DNA of 64,000 nucleotides from Podarcis vaucheri (lineage: Eukaryota): the NCBI GenBank assembly GCA_965113315.1, contig OZ220365.1; one strand, written 5' to 3'. The number at the start of each line of letters is the position of its first letter. Within the stretch, counting starts at the first letter, position 1. The notes beneath the pieces are model-generated. The model made no database searches. It was not told the DNA's origin and was given only the letters and a program-made list of their open reading frames with translations. The position numbers and the translations under genes are program-made. Shown in pieces: positions 10,094 to 23,950 of this stretch.

Positions 10094-10768
10094 CATAGAA
10101 TCATAGAATTGTAGAGTTGGAAGGGACCCCAAGGGTCATTAACTCGAATACATTGCTTCCTAGCCTCTGGAGTAGGAGAAAACAAGCTTGTTCCATCCTC
10201 CGGGTGGCAGCCCTTTAGATATTTGAAGATAGCTATCATTTCTTCTCTCGTCTTGTCTTTACCAGGCTAAGCATACTCAATTCCCTCAACTGTTCCACAT
10301 AAAGCTTGGTTTGATCATGTTGGTCACCCTCCTCTGCACACATTCTAGCTTGTCAATATCCTTTTTAAATTATGACACCCAGAACCGGACGCAGTACTCC
10401 CATGTGTAGTCCGACCAAGGCAGAATAAAGCAGGAAAGTTATTTCTCTCGATCAGGACTCTATACATTTGTTGATGCAATCTAGAATAGCATTAGCTTTT
10501 TTTGCTGATGCATCTCACTATTAACTAATGTTAAACTTGTGGTCTACTAAAATCCCTAGATTCTTTTAACATGTACTACATTCGTGCAGCTGGTTCTTCC
10601 TGCCTAGGTGTAGAACCTTACTTTTGTCCCTATTGAAATGCATTTTGCTAGTTTCGGCCCAGTTCTCCAATCTGTTATGGTCATCTTGAATCCCAATTTT
10701 GTCTTCTGTGGCATTGGCTACCCCTCCCAGTTTGGTGTCATCTGCAAATTTGATGAGCATGCCTTCCA
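10094..10768 (-). mobile_element. CR1 LINE 3' fragment (decayed RT C-terminus)
   Basis: LIKFADDTKLGGVAN..IQDD..RLENWAE...MHFNRDKSKVLHLGRKN; CR1 tail catagaatcatagaat on + strand. Confidence 0.9.
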
Positions 10769-11446
10769 CACTTTCCGTCCCATATTGTGATCCTGATTAT
10801 TTAAGCATTGAAAAGTGGAGGAATGTACCTTCATGTTTGCTCAGTGCTACTGGTTAAGCTTGCTGTAAAGGTGCAGTCCTTCATACATTTACCAAGGAGT
10901 AAGCCCCATTGTACACAATAGGATTTGCTTTCAGAAAAGCCACGGGTATGATTGTGTTGCAACATTACCAAGACAGATAAGTAGTGACAGTAGTGCAAAG
11001 TGTACTCTCTTATGGGGTTATTGTGTTCGTTAAAATTTCATAGCCCAAAACCCTACAAGGTACTATAATCATAGCAGAATTAAGAGTCCTAGTCTATCTG
11101 TTGTAAGCTTAGTATTTTTAGTTGCCTTCCTACGATTGAAAGTGTGCAAGTAGAAATAGAAAAAAATCAAATGTTCCTATTGAACTAAGAAGTGAAAAAT
11201 CAGGTTAAATTATGTTTCTCACCTGTGAAGAGTAAATGACTTGCAATTTGTGGAATAGTTCTGTGACTAGCTGCCACTTCTCTGGTATTCTAAACTCTGA
11301 CATTCTAGATTCAGGATAATCTAGTTCAGTGGAAAATTAAATATTACTGCCTGCGCAGGCGAGTAGTGTCATTTCAGGCAGTGACAATAGGGTTTGACTG
11401 ACATGTGCGTCCATGTTTGTGTTCTTTGTATTATGTGCACTTAGGA

Positions 11447-11605
11447 ATATAGGAAACTGCCTACTATTTGGTCCATCTAGTTCAGTATTGCCTATACTGA
11501 CTAGCATCAGCTCTCCGGGATTTGAGGCAGGGTTCTTTCCCAGACCTACCTGGATATCCTGGGGGCAGATACTATACCTACCACTAAACTACATCCCTTC
11601 CCCTA
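11447..11605 (-). mobile_element. Decayed squamate tRNA-derived SINE
   Basis: ataggaaactgcc..ggtccatctagttcagtattgcctatactgact.. matches copy at 45153-45330. Confidence 0.55.
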
Positions 11606-13944
11606 ATGCAAATAGAGAAATCTCACATGTTATATTTCAGCTTATGCTGTGTTTCTCTTTCACAATTATTCTACATGAGCAAGTGAGACTTAATGCTTTC
11701 AATATTAATTGGCTATAATCCAGGAAACTCATACCTTGTTTGGCACATTTTGCTGGACTCCTATTTTCTGGGGAATGGCAAATCCCCATGCTACATGATC
11801 AGTTTTAAAACTTCAGGCAGATGGCTTTGAGATCTTCTTATTTCTGGGAGATCCCAAGTCCACAGGATTTTCTAAATTACCAGAAGTAGCTTTCAGGATT
11901 GCTGTGGTTGATTTACTGCCATCATAATACAATGATATTCTTTTGAAGTTAAAGCATCTCTGAGACTAAATGCAGTTCTATGCACATTTATTTAGGATTA
12001 AGTTCTCCCGAAGTGGGCCTGCTTTCTGAGCACTGCATAGAATTTCTCTACCTCCTAAAGATTCAAGAATGAAATGGAATAAAGTAACAGTCAACACTGG
12101 AGATAGAATCTTGAAAGGTTCTGCTGGAGCAACTGCTAATTGTGCAGATTTTATTTTATTTTCTCCTTGGGAAAGTACATCAGATTGGAAAGGTGACATC
12201 TGAAAGTTAATTTTCCTCCTCTAGAAATAGCGCTCTGTAGATTATAGGCAGATGGTACTATAAATGTAGATGTACTGTTTGTCCCACTGTTTGTGGGAGT
12301 GGGAAATTCTCATACCATAATAGCAATGGTTTTTGAGAACACTGCTTGGTTTAAGCAGTCTTTGGTCACAAGTGAATAGTAATTTATGTCTTTAAAAAAA
12401 AAATTCTCTTGATGGCTGCTTTTGCTTCGGTGACGAGAAAATGAGTTTTTGGTAGAAGTTTATGACCCTATGTTGGAATGGTGTATTTATTACCAGAGTA
12501 GAGCCTACTAACAGTGTGCTCCTGTACACAATCAAGCAAAGGGTTACTTCCTCTTTAGAAAGCAGAACAGAAGACGGCTCATGCAAACGGTATTGCCCTG
12601 TTTATTTACTTAATGCATTTATCCCTCACTCTTTCACAGAGTAGCTTACAAAAAAAGGTGAACCATCCATATAAAATACAAAACAACACAGTATCCCAAC
12701 AAATATTAAAAACACCAGGGAAAAGCACTGCCATTTTTCAAGGATAAATATGTTTTTTTAAAAAAAGCTTTCTTCCACCTGGCAAAAAAAGACAGCAGAA
12801 TTTCACCAGCAAGTTGCCATCACTCAAAAAGCCTTCTGTCTGATTACTACCTGCCACACCTCAATCAGCAGGCATATATGAGAAATCCATTCAAAGTTGA
12901 CTTCCTTCAATGGGCAGGCCAACACTGAGAGGCACTTAAGGTACCTAGAAACTGATACTGTAATTACAACCTTTGACTTTCTTTAGTTTTTTTATCATTT
13001 TAAAAATATGAGAAAAAATAGCCTTTTATGAATTCTTTTATAAACTCTGTGGGTGTAGGAAACCAGCACACATTTATCAAAGATAGATTTGGGTTAATGC
13101 TTTCCTGTGCTTTAAAAAATGAAGCAGATTTGTGTGTGTGTGTTTTGCACAGCAGCACATATACTGAAAACTCAAATTGCCATATCGTCTTTGTTTCTCA
13201 TAATATGCATATTAGGATCAGTCAAGTAGTAATCCTTTCCATTATTGAATTATTTTGTACTGACCCTTGTTCAGACTTGTCCCTCCACTAATGGAACGGC
13301 TTCTTCCATTTGTGGAAGGGATGGAGATCCAGCAGAGGCTCCCAATGGATGAAGCGAGGAGGTGATTTGTATTGATTCCCCCAGCAGTGTATCCCATCCT
13401 TTTCTAGGGGGCCACACTATCCTTCTGAGAAGCACTGTAGGGGAAAGGAGGAATCAGTAACAATTGCCTTCCCTTTCCTTCATTGAGAGTGTCCCATGAG
13501 CATGGTTACCTCAGGCAGCTGATTTTGGGTGTCATGAATGGGCAGGAAGTGGTTAGTTACCTGGTTAATTTTTATTGTGTATGTACTCTGAGGGAGAGGC
13601 ACTTAATGAAATTTTCTGTCTCGGGTACCAAAATCAGTTGGCCAGCCTTGCACCTTGATGTGGGGTTGAGGTGCTATTTCCTATTCCGCCTGTGGCAGCA
13701 TAATGTCTTGGGCCATCCCTGCTCATGAGAACTCTGGATCTAACCCAGACTGTTAATTGATTTTCAGGTAAACCTTCAAACGATATTAATGCCTTGCGCA
13801 GGTGCTGTGCAAAAGCTGCATTTTGTATGCAAAAACATATGAAAAGGGCTACTAGAATTGAATACAATAAAAACTGGAGATTTAAACCTGAACACTTCAT
13901 TGATCACAGCCCTTTAAGTCTGAGGGGCTCTGAATGCTCTGCAA

Positions 13945-14203
13945 AATAATAATAATAATAATAATAATAATAATTCATTATTTGTACCCCACCCATCTGG
14001 CTGGGTTTCCCCAGCCACTCTGGGCGGCTTCCACAGAAACCAAAAAACACTAAAATATCATACATTAAAAGCTTCCCTGAATAGGGCCGCCTTAAGATGT
14101 CTTCTGAATGTCAGGTAGTTGTCCATCACCTTGACATCCGATGGGAGGGCATTCCACAGGGCGGGCGCCACCACCGAAAAGGCCCTCTGCCTGGTTCCCT
14201 GTA
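13945..14203 (-). mobile_element. L2 LINE 3' end with (TAA)n tail
   Basis: Near-identical to 47420-47662. Confidence 0.85.
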
Positions 14204-15514
14204 GATTGCAAACTATACTCTTAGATAGGTGGGAGAATCATTGGTTGATCCAAGAGATCATCATGGGAAAGCTGCACTTAGAATAAGCTTTCCACACATG
14301 TATCCACCAGGGTAGTTCCAAATCTGCATCCCTCTTCTTATTGCTAGCTCACATTGGGGTTTCTGCCTGATGGAGGTACATGCCCCTATCTAGACCCACC
14401 AGTTTTTAAGCACAACTGAAAATGGGGCTTGTATCAGTTTGTGATTTAATGCTGCTCTGGCATATACTTGCTATTGATGTTTTGTTTATTTGATTTTATT
14501 TATTAAATTTATATCCCACCCTTCCTCCCAAATGAGCGCAGAGTGGGAGACAGTAAGTGATAAAACATCTTTAGAACTGTTCCAGTACAGATGCAGAATG
14601 AGAAAGATGCTATAACCTGAGCAATTTAATGCACTTTCCCCCTTTCCAATGTGACACTTTGAAAAAACACACACAACTACCTGATCCAAGCCAAAGCTGT
14701 CAATAAAGTGTGCTCCACATCATTCAAAATCTTCTGTCTTGACTTAAAATGCAAATGTATTTGAAGCTTTTGCATCAACTGTTTGGATTGCAATTTATTC
14801 TATCTTCTGTTTTGTTTTTGTAATCATCGCCTGTTCTAATAATACCACAGTCCTTCAGGCTATATATAATAAACACACTGCTGGCAAACAGCATTGATAG
14901 CACTCCAGTCATGTGATTCTCTCTCTCCCCCCCCTTAACTTTATTGCAGAAATGATTAATTGTCTAGAGCACAATTAAATGCATAGTATGTGCATATGTG
15001 TGTATGTATATGTGCACACATGCCTGTATGCATTTGGCTAAATATGGAATCCGATTTGGAAAAAAGATTGAGTGCAGCAAAAGATGGCGAAAGCCTCAGA
15101 AATGTATTAGTCTTATCAGTTCAGGTTGTGCAACAAGTTTTCAAGACATAAAGTGAAAGTTTTTTTTTTTAAAGAGATTTAGGGTGATAGCCTACTAAGC
15201 CTTACTTTTAGTATGAAATAAAGGGATGATTCTTGTTTGTGTCTCATTTAATCTGTCTTTTTGGGGTTGAAGATTCTGACTAAATAGCTTCAAGATTTCA
15301 TTGCCACAACTCAGACCTTAAAGGAACTAAATGTGGGATTAGGTTCTGTGTGTCCCAAGTGGTTCCTGGGCCCCAGATAAACAGTGGCAATCAATGTTTA
15401 AGTCCGCCTTCACACTATTTCATTAGCAACATGTTTCAGGCAAATTCCTTGCTATTGATTAAGAGAGAGCTTCATTTTCAAATTTTGTACAGTGTTGTTT
15501 ATTTTCCAAAATTA

Positions 15515-15774
15515 CCGTATTTTTTTGCTCTATAAGACTCACTTTTTCCCTCCTAAAAAGTAAGGGGAAATGTGTGTGCGTCTTATGGAGTGAATGCAGG
15601 CTGCGCAGCTATCCCAGAAGCCAGAACAGCAAGAGGGATTGCTGCTTTCACTGCACAGCGATCCCTCTTGCTGTTCTGGCTTCTGAGATTCAGAATATAT
15701 TTTTTCTTGTTTTCCTCCTCCAAAAACTAGGTGCGTCTTATGGTCTGGTGCGTCTTATAGAGTGAAAAATATGG
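15515..15774. mobile_element. Tc1/mariner (pogo/Tigger-like) MITE
   Basis: TA|CCGTATTTTTTTGCTCTATAAGAC ... GTCTTATAGAGTGAAAAATATGG|TA; TIR related to 41264-41754. Confidence 0.8.
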
Positions 15775-16063
15775 TACTTTGGAAGTACAAAGTTGTTGGG
15801 AGCCTTGATCTGTGCACTCAAGTCTGCAGCTGTTATTGCTATCACATCTGCAGGTGCATGTCTGTCCTAACTGGGCCAACAACTCTTTAAGTTAGAAAGG
15901 ATGGGAAAAGCACGATGTGCAGCAACAATTCAGTCCAACCCTGTGTTTATAGAACTAGCAGCATGGTACGTGGTGGAGAAGATTGGAAACACAGTGATAG
16001 ATCTTAGTTTTTCTTTCTGAGTATCCCCATATGAAAGTAATTTGCTTTGAAAACTGATAGGCC

Positions 16064-17118
16064 ACAAGTTTAACATGAGCCAACAGTGAGTGCAGCAGCA
16101 AAAAAGCTAATGCTATTTTAGGCTGCATCAATGGAAGTATAGTGTCAACAGAAGTGTAGTAAAAGTACCGCCCTATTCTGCCTTGGTCAGACCACACCAG
16201 GAGTCTTGTGTCCAATTCTGGGCACCACAATTTAAGAAGGGTATTGACGAGCATGGGGCAGATGGAGCTTGTAAACCTGGAAAGGTAGCCAATCTAGGAT
16301 AAGGAAAACTCTGATCCTAAGCCTTGGGATATCTTTGGGAGAGGAAAAGGCTTAGCCTACACAAATCCAGAGTCGAGTCCCTAAAACAGTTGAATGGTGT
16401 CTTGTACATCTCCTTCCAGCAACTCCTGCAGCCAGGCTGGTGCAGAATGTATTGCTCTGCTTTCCATCAGCGAGGTTGAGAAGGAGGTCTTATCATATGG
16501 GGAGCCAGGACCTCCATACATGCTGCACAGGCTTACGCTCCATAGGAGGTCACTTTGGTTTTGCCTACACAGCAAAAACAACATGAGAGGCAGCAGTTAT
16601 AGGTTACTGGTCTCTGCAGGTGCTGTGATTCTCCAGCGGTTTGACTTGAGTGGGCCCCAGAGGCACACTCCATTGTCTCTTGAGACAGCTGGATACCAAC
16701 AATTGGCAAGCTAGAATGTGTCTGGAAACCAAGCCTTATGAGGAACAGTTGAGGGAGTTAGATAGGTTTATCCTGTAAAAGAAGAGATAGAGAGGTGATA
16801 TGATAGCCATCTTCAAATATCTGAAGTGCTGTCTCATGGAAGATGGAGCAAACTTGTTTTCTCCTGCTCCAGAGGGCAGGATTGAACCAGTTTATTCTAA
16901 CTATGAGAATGGAGAGCCCAAGTAAACATTAGGAAGATTTCTCTGACTGTAAGAGCTGTTTGACAGTGGAGGAGACTCCGTTGGAAGGGAGTAGACTCTC
17001 CTTTAATGGAGGTTTTTAAACAGAGGTTGGAGGGCCATCTGTCAGAGATGCTTTAGTTGTGATTCCTACATTGCAAGTGGTTAGACTAGATGACCCTTGT
17101 ACAATTCTGTGATTATAT
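16064..17118 (+). mobile_element. CR1 LINE 3' fragment, interrupted at about 16250-16712 by unrelated repeat-like sequence
   Basis: aacatgagccaacagtg..aaagctaatgctattttaggctgcatcaa; resumes ggaaaccaagccttatgaggaacagttgaggga; ends gactagatgacc..ttctgtgattatatga. Confidence 0.8.
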
Positions 17119-18677
17119 GAACTGTATAAGGAATGCTGGATCTTAAAGCTTGGGCTGTAAACACATGTGTGCTTTAATAAATGAAATTTTAACGAGACTT
17201 GGTTAGATTGTTTTGCCCTTTAAACCTTTGTTTTAATTCTGAAATTCTTAGGATCCATAAATCTTCTCTCCCCACCCTCATCCCACAATACTGAGCTGAG
17301 AGAGATTCTAAGGTGTATTTTACCTTTGATATTATTGACTGAGGTCGGACTGGAACAAAAGGAGAAGACATGCTCTCCCCTGCCCCCGCCCCCCACGCAG
17401 TGACTAAAGCAATTCAGTATCCCTGCTCCATCCCTTCCCCCCTTCCAGGCCTTTAGGAATTGCTGCAACTGACTGAGCGGTGACCTTATAGCCAAGAAGC
17501 CTTTGCAAAACCTGTTGGTAATGTTTCTAGGGTGTGTGTATAAACTGGAATGTCGCGAGCAGCCTTGGGAGTGGCTGCAAAACTACCTTAAGGGGCTGTT
17601 AGTCCTAGTACATTTCAGTTTGCATTCCTTCTGTTAAAATACCTAATACAGTACTAAATACTAAAGTCTGATTTGGTTTAGGCATCTTGTGCGCAACCAG
17701 GCACTTGATGGTTAGGCCAGCCTACTATATTGTGGTTTGCAGCTTTTCCTCCTACTGCTATTTTTTAAAAAAAGTTTATTACCGGGTTTACAGTTTGCTT
17801 CATTATTGCCAGAGATACACAGTACACTGTACAGCTGTTTATGAAAGCCTTTGAAGCTGGCTTATCACTGATGCACTGCTTGTCATGTTGCAGTTAAACC
17901 ATGTCTTCCCATGCTAATAACTACCTTACAAACGCTTAAGGTTTAGTCCATGTATGGTGATTACAGCCGCAGGCACACCATACATCTGAAGCATGTTTAA
18001 AGCATATGGTTTCTCCCAAATTATTCTGGGAAGGTAATTTGTACAGGGTGCAGGGAATTGTAGATCTGTGAGGGGTAAGCTACAGGATTCTTTGGCATAA
18101 GTCATATGCTTTAAATGTGTGGACACAGCCTAAAACTATTGACCATGTGGCATTATAATGCCACCTTTTACCTTTCTGTGTGCTAGGACTCAGTTGCTTT
18201 TTCTTAGAATAGTGACTGCATCATGTGAAGGCTTTTCCTATAAACCTACTCTGAAAAGAGGTCTCCTATTGTGTATCTTTGATTTGTATTAAGTATTACA
18301 TCTTCCTTCAAATATATTGGGGGGGGGAGGAATAAATCCTCCTTTCCTTTCTTTTCCTTTTAAAATAGTAAAATATTAACTCCTACCATTTAATGCCAGC
18401 AAACCTCCTCAGCAATCTTTCTATAGGGAAATTCATGTCCGTTTGGTAAGTGGCAGGGCTTAGAGAACGTGAGGTCTGCTGTGGGGAGTGTATGCATTGC
18501 CACTGCTTGAGGTACTGTTACTTGCTTGGTTACAAGTGGGCAGACCCTCTATTTTGCAATGTAACATGTTGAAGAACGGCTTAACTTTCAGATTGCAAAA
18601 TTGTCCTGGAATGTCTTTGGAGAAGCAAGTTGGTTTTTTCCTTTGAAAACTGCAATGTAAAGTATTGTCTCTTTCAG

Positions 18678-18781
18678 GCCCAAATTGCCTTTCTTCAAGG
18701 GGAAAGAAAAGGTCAAGAGAATTTGAAGAAGGATCTAGTGAGGAGAATAAAAATGCTGGAATATGCTCTTAAACAAGAAAG
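18678..18781 (+). CDS. STRN: STRN exon 2
   Basis: tttcag|AQIAFLQGERKGQENLKKDLVRRIKMLEYALKQER|gtatgt. Confidence 0.97.
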
Positions 18782-18892
18782 GTATGTGCCAGTTTTCTAA
18801 ACCCTGAATTGTTAACTGTGAGTATAGGAACTGCTTCTCAGTCTTGGAAAGGCAACAACACTGACCTTCCAGTCTCTATTCATGCCTTCACC

Positions 18893-19339
18893 CAGTGGCG
18901 TAGCGTGGGGGGTGCCAGGGGTGCCGGCCGCACCGGGCGCAACATCTGGGGGGGGCGCGCTCGCTGCCTCCGGAGTCGCCGAAGAGCCTCGGGCGCAGGC
19001 TGTAGCGGAGCTGCATGTCTCGCGGAACCGACGAGCTGTGCGCGCGTCCGGGCTGAAGGCGCCCGGCAGGCAGCGGCTCTCAGCGCTCGCCGCGGAGGAC
19101 ACGCCAGGCAGCCCCTCTTCACAGCCCCGCCTCCGCCGGTGCTGCTGCAGCTGCTGGGCAGTTGCATTTTCCTCGCCTCTCTGCCCCCCTCCTCCTCCGG
19201 GCAAGCGGAGTCGTTTGGGCGGCAGCGCCAGCGGCAACTCGCGGGTTAGGGGGGGCGCAAATTACTTGCCTTGCCCCGGGTTAGGGGGCGCAAATTACTT
19301 GCGTTGCCCCGGGTGCTGAGAACTCACGCTACGCCGCTG
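18893..19339. mobile_element. hAT-superfamily MITE, CpG-rich
   Basis: TIRs CAGTGGCGTAGCGTG / CACGCTACGCCGCTG; perfect 8-bp TSD CCTTCACC (18885-18892, 19340-19347); internal ~34-bp tandem duplication 19243-19310. Confidence 0.92.
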
Positions 19340-19986
19340 CCTTCACCACAAAACAGCCTGTAGCTAAGTGCAGGCTTTTCCAGCAGAAAATATAATTTTG
19401 CCAAAAACCTCAGCCATACTTAACTTTATAGATATTAATATTGTTGCCCATCCGTGAGGCTTGACTTAAACTCTTTCCTGATGAGAGAGAGGGAGCAGAG
19501 CCCATGTGTCAAGTTATTTTAAAAATGTCTGGTAAACTAAATGCACCGAGAAGAACAGAAAGTGTTGAATAGTCAGTCTGAAGATGCAGAAAATATAGAT
19601 ATGGTATGTAAGGAATCAATCAGTTATTTTAATTTCCACAATGTAATTTACAAGTTATCTTGATGTGCTAAAATCCACAATAAAATGAGAAGAGGCTAAG
19701 TCAAGATGGGAAAGTCAACAAATAAATTACTAATGTGCATTTAAGCCAGACAGCTGACCAGTGCACTTGTTTATAAGACGGTGTTGACAAATGTGCATCC
19801 TGTATCAGAATAAATCAATTGAACTGCTATATTGATGCAGTTGAGCTGCTCATTGCTGACTTGCAGCTGAACTGTGTTTGGGAAAAGACCTAGGGCATAA
19901 TGAGACTTTAAAAAAATTACCAGTCCAGAAAAGGCTTCAAAAAGCACACAAGCTGTCAGGTGATGTGGGAAATAACTAAGAAAAAA

Positions 19987-20062
19987 ATAGAATCATAGAA
20001 ACCGTAGAGTTGGAAGGGACCACAAGGGACATTGAGTCCAACCACCTGCGATGCAGGAATCT
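19987..20062 (-). mobile_element. CR1 3' terminal fragment
   Basis: atagaatcatagaaaccgtagagttggaagggaccacaagggacattgagtccaacc. Confidence 0.75.
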
Positions 20063-21807
20063 TTTGCCCAGTGTGGAGCACTTTGCTTCCTTCCCAGAAA
20101 CTAGGGCTGGATTCAGAGAAATGTCCACCTCACAAAACCTTTCAGAAGGTGCTCCGTCCAGTTTTCAGATACCCACTTCCTTCCTCAGTTCGTCGTGCTA
20201 TAGTCCACCCCATTCAACAGAACCCTATAACCATTGGGAGAAGCTTTCTTGGCTGCTTGGAGGGGGACACTTTCCCCCCTCATCACGACCCTTTGAAGTA
20301 GGAGCTGCTGAGAGCTAGCCAAGGCCACCTACTGAACTTCATGGATGAACGGAGATTTGAACACCTGTCTCCCACCATTTTCCAGGATGTTGGCTAGTTC
20401 TGCATTTTGCATGATCGTTAGGTGACTGGTCTATCTCTGTGTTGTGGAAAACTTTGAGTTGCAGCAATCAAGGAAAGTGCAAGCTTTGGTATTGTTGTTC
20501 TATCTTTTCTAATGCCTAAACCCAGAATGCTCTAATATAGCTTAGTTTAGGTTTAGTTTATTGTTTATATTCCCATTTATATCCAAAATTGCTGCTTTCT
20601 GGTTACCGCCAAACTGAAACTGGCATTACCTCTGTGATAGACAAACAGGTAGCAGTTATGTTCAGATGGTCTCCAGGCAGGAAACTTATATTGCTTGTGT
20701 GAACTCTCAAATTGACCAATTCCTTTGGGGTCATTTAGGGTGACTGCTTTTACTGAATATTTTGAAGATGCATAAAGGACACAATTTCTAGAAGTGGTTT
20801 GTTTTTTTAAAAACACTTTATAATTTGGGACCCAAAGAGCTACTTTCAGCAAGCCTGTGGACTTGAGCTAACCAAATAGAAATGTTGACTTGGAGCAGCA
20901 GATTGTGATGCTGTCATAAACTGCCTCTGTAATTTTCAAGTTCCATTAGAGGGAACTGTTTAATTTAAAAGTTCACTTTCCATGAGAGCACAGAAGTAGC
21001 TGCGTGGCTCTTTGGATTCTGCCCTATGTTGTTGGTCTTGTGAGTAACACATTGATAAATTATTATGCATTGTGTTGGATCCAGAGTTTCTGTGAGCAGA
21101 GCACTGCTCCCAGGATGCTCCAGCAAGTTGCAGTACTATATCTGTTCTAGTACATTTCAAAGCTGCTCTTGTGTATTTCAGTGCTAACATTGTCAGGAGA
21201 TTAAAATGTAACAATATCCCTTAAAAGACACCCATCTTTTTATATGTCATACATGCCCACAATCAGTCTCACTCACTTTCATACCTTAAGTACTATACTG
21301 TACTAAAAAACCCCCGATACCCATATTTTTATGTAGGCCTTTTGGGTTATGTTTCTGGTCAGTGCGAGATTAGAACCTTCTCCTTGAGAGATCTCCTGCC
21401 TCAGTGCTTTTCCTGGCAGCATTGCTTGTTTATGTCTCTTGGTTTGGCAGCAACTCCTGCATGTTTGGCAGACTTGGTAAGCACAGCTGGATTGGATTTT
21501 TCAGGTCTTTAGATTGCAGGTTTGGCAAACTAAACTGGTCCTTTCAGTAGGAGCCGGCCTTGTGAGATTAATTTGCCCATTGTTAGTAATTCATATGCCA
21601 AGCATATATGAATGACGAAAAACAACAGCAAAGGCTCATTATGCTTCTGATGTTTAAAAAAGAATGATTTAGAGAAGGCATTTCTAGGAAAAATGCATGT
21701 ATTTTACACTGAAGAAACAAGTGGGAGCAAAATATTTTCATGTCCTCTTTCTAAAGGACAGGTAGCATTTTCACACACTAATTTACTCCTTTTCTTTTCC
21801 TTTATAG

Positions 21808-21881
21808 AGCTAAATACCACAAGTTAAAATATGGCACAGAGCTGAATCAGGGAGACATGAAGCCTCCTAACTATGATTCAG
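21808..21881 (+). CDS. STRN: STRN exon 3
   Basis: ttatag|AKYHKLKYGTELNQGDMKPPNYDS|gtaagg. Confidence 0.96.
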
Positions 21882-22661
21882 GTAAGGGTTGATTTGTGTG
21901 AAGGAAAACGAGACTGGGCAAAAGAGAAAAAGCTGCCGTTTTGTGAAATGTATTGGCTTAGTCTGATATGTATGTAATAGAAGGCTTTGAGGGGTTGGGT
22001 ATGACTACTGGCCCTGCACATCCTCTGTCTCTTCACGTGCAAATCTCCCTCTCTCTCTCTCCAATTAAGTCTGTCTAAATTTAACCTTAGCCTTCATAGC
22101 TGTTGTCCTCTTGGCTTAAAATTAAACCACCTGTATGCTGCCAGACCCATAATATATAAAACAATGTGAAGGAGGATGCTTATTGTTGGTTTTAATTCTT
22201 GTGCTCTCTTAACAAACAGTTTGCTGGCCCTTCTGTCCTTAGTGGGAGATTTAAGGAAAGTTACATTAGGAAAATACTTAGTAGCTAAGTATTGTCCTGT
22301 GCTGGCATGCTGCATATGCACCCATTGTTTCAAAATTTCCTCATTACCGAAAGCAACTTGGTTTCTTTCTCTTTTTGAGGGAATGTGACACTTTGTGAAC
22401 AGGTGGAGAAGGTATACTGTTGTTAAACTTATCACAACTTTTTATGTTCCTGTTCTGAATTCTTATGTACAGTTTGCATTTGTTCTCCTGTGTTGTATAG
22501 ATCCTTGCAAAAACACAGATATATAGGAATTAAACGTACATTATTCTACAGATATAAATAATTAAGAGAGTGTAACTATTTTATTTTTTAAAGCATGCTA
22601 TAATGTACAAGACTGCTTACGAAAAGCAGGTTTCAAAACTATATTGGTTTTAATATTTCAG

Positions 22662-22740
22662 ATGAAGGGAATGAAACTGAAGTTCAGTCACAGCCAACTA
22701 GTCAGCTAATATGGAAACAAGGACGACAGCTACTCAGACA
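22662..22740 (+). CDS. STRN: STRN exon 4
   Basis: tttcag|DEGNETEVQSQPTSQLIWKQGRQLLRQ|gtaagt. Confidence 0.96.
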
Positions 22741-22779
22741 GTAAGTGACCTAAAAATGGGTTTCAGATGAGCGTCTTTC

Positions 22780-22852
22780 CTATCTGGGACTGAACCTTGG
22801 ACCTTTTTACAGACAAAGCACATGCTCTCCTGCTGAGCTATGCTTCTTCCCT
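22780..22852 (-). mobile_element. tRNA-derived SINE head fragment
   Basis: gggactgaaccttggacc..catgctctcctgctgagcta (reverse B and A boxes). Confidence 0.5.
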
Positions 22853-23782
22853 GAGGATAGATAGCAAAATTATAACGAAGGCAGGATGAGGTATTGATTA
22901 AAACTTGAATAGCTTGTGATGAGAAAAATAGGGAGGGGTTAAAGTGTGTCACACTTGAAGGATGGTTCTTAAATTAGTTCTGCGCTGTCCTGATAGCAAT
23001 AAGGATTGGGTATGGAAGGCTGCTCATTCCACTCCTCCCCACTTGAAAACCCCATGTTAAGTGTTCCTGTTTGGAACTTCTGGTTCTAGATTGAGAGAAC
23101 TGGAACTCCTTTCACCAAGAGCCTTGAGTTTACTGGAACTGACCAACAGGGCTGGGTGACAGGTGAGGGAAGTCAGAAGCATGACAATATTTATTCTTTG
23201 TGGTCATTGCAATAATGTTTGAAACCTTTTTGCTCAAAAGTTTAAGGATTGCAAAAAGATTAAAAGCAAATTTAATCAATTTCTGACTTTATTGTAAGGC
23301 AGTATTCATGTGAGAAGGGAAGCTAGAAGGAAATGCTGTTTGGTAGAATAGACAGTTGAGAGAACACAAATTCTTATAAACTTGCCTAATGGCCAAGAAC
23401 GCTTTGGTAAGGCATTGGTTTTGATTTTGGAAAATTTCTTATAAAGAGTTGCCTATATAAAAGTAACTGTATTTATGAAAAAAATGGGTTGAAAATGCAC
23501 GGAGAACTTTTGTTTCTTTTGGCAAGTATAATGAATAAAGTATTGTGTATATGCAGACAGCAGAGCTCTTTGCCTTTCTTGGGGACTGTAGAGACTGGTA
23601 CTGCAAGAGACAATCCCCTCTGAAACTGGCACAAGAAGATTTGTAAGCCTGTTGTGTCAGCACACAGCTACATTCTTCTTCTTACCACAATCTATTGGTT
23701 GATTTTGGGTGGATTGTGGTGATTGACTGTAACATCTTTGCTGACAGCTCACGAGCAATTGACATGGTTTCTATATATACAG

Positions 23783-23950
23783 ATATCTGCAAGAGGTGGG
23801 ATACACTGACACCATACTGGATGTGAAGTCAAAGCGGGTACGAACTTTACTGGGTCTCTCAGGTGATGGCCCAGACAGGGAAAATGACAAAAACCAAGAA
23901 TCAATGGTGAACGGCACAGATGCTGAGATTAAAGAAAAGGTGATGATTGG
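23783..23950 (+). CDS. STRN: STRN exon 5
   Basis: atacag|YLQEVGYTDTILDVKSKRVRTLLGLS...KEKVMIG|gtaagt. Confidence 0.96.
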
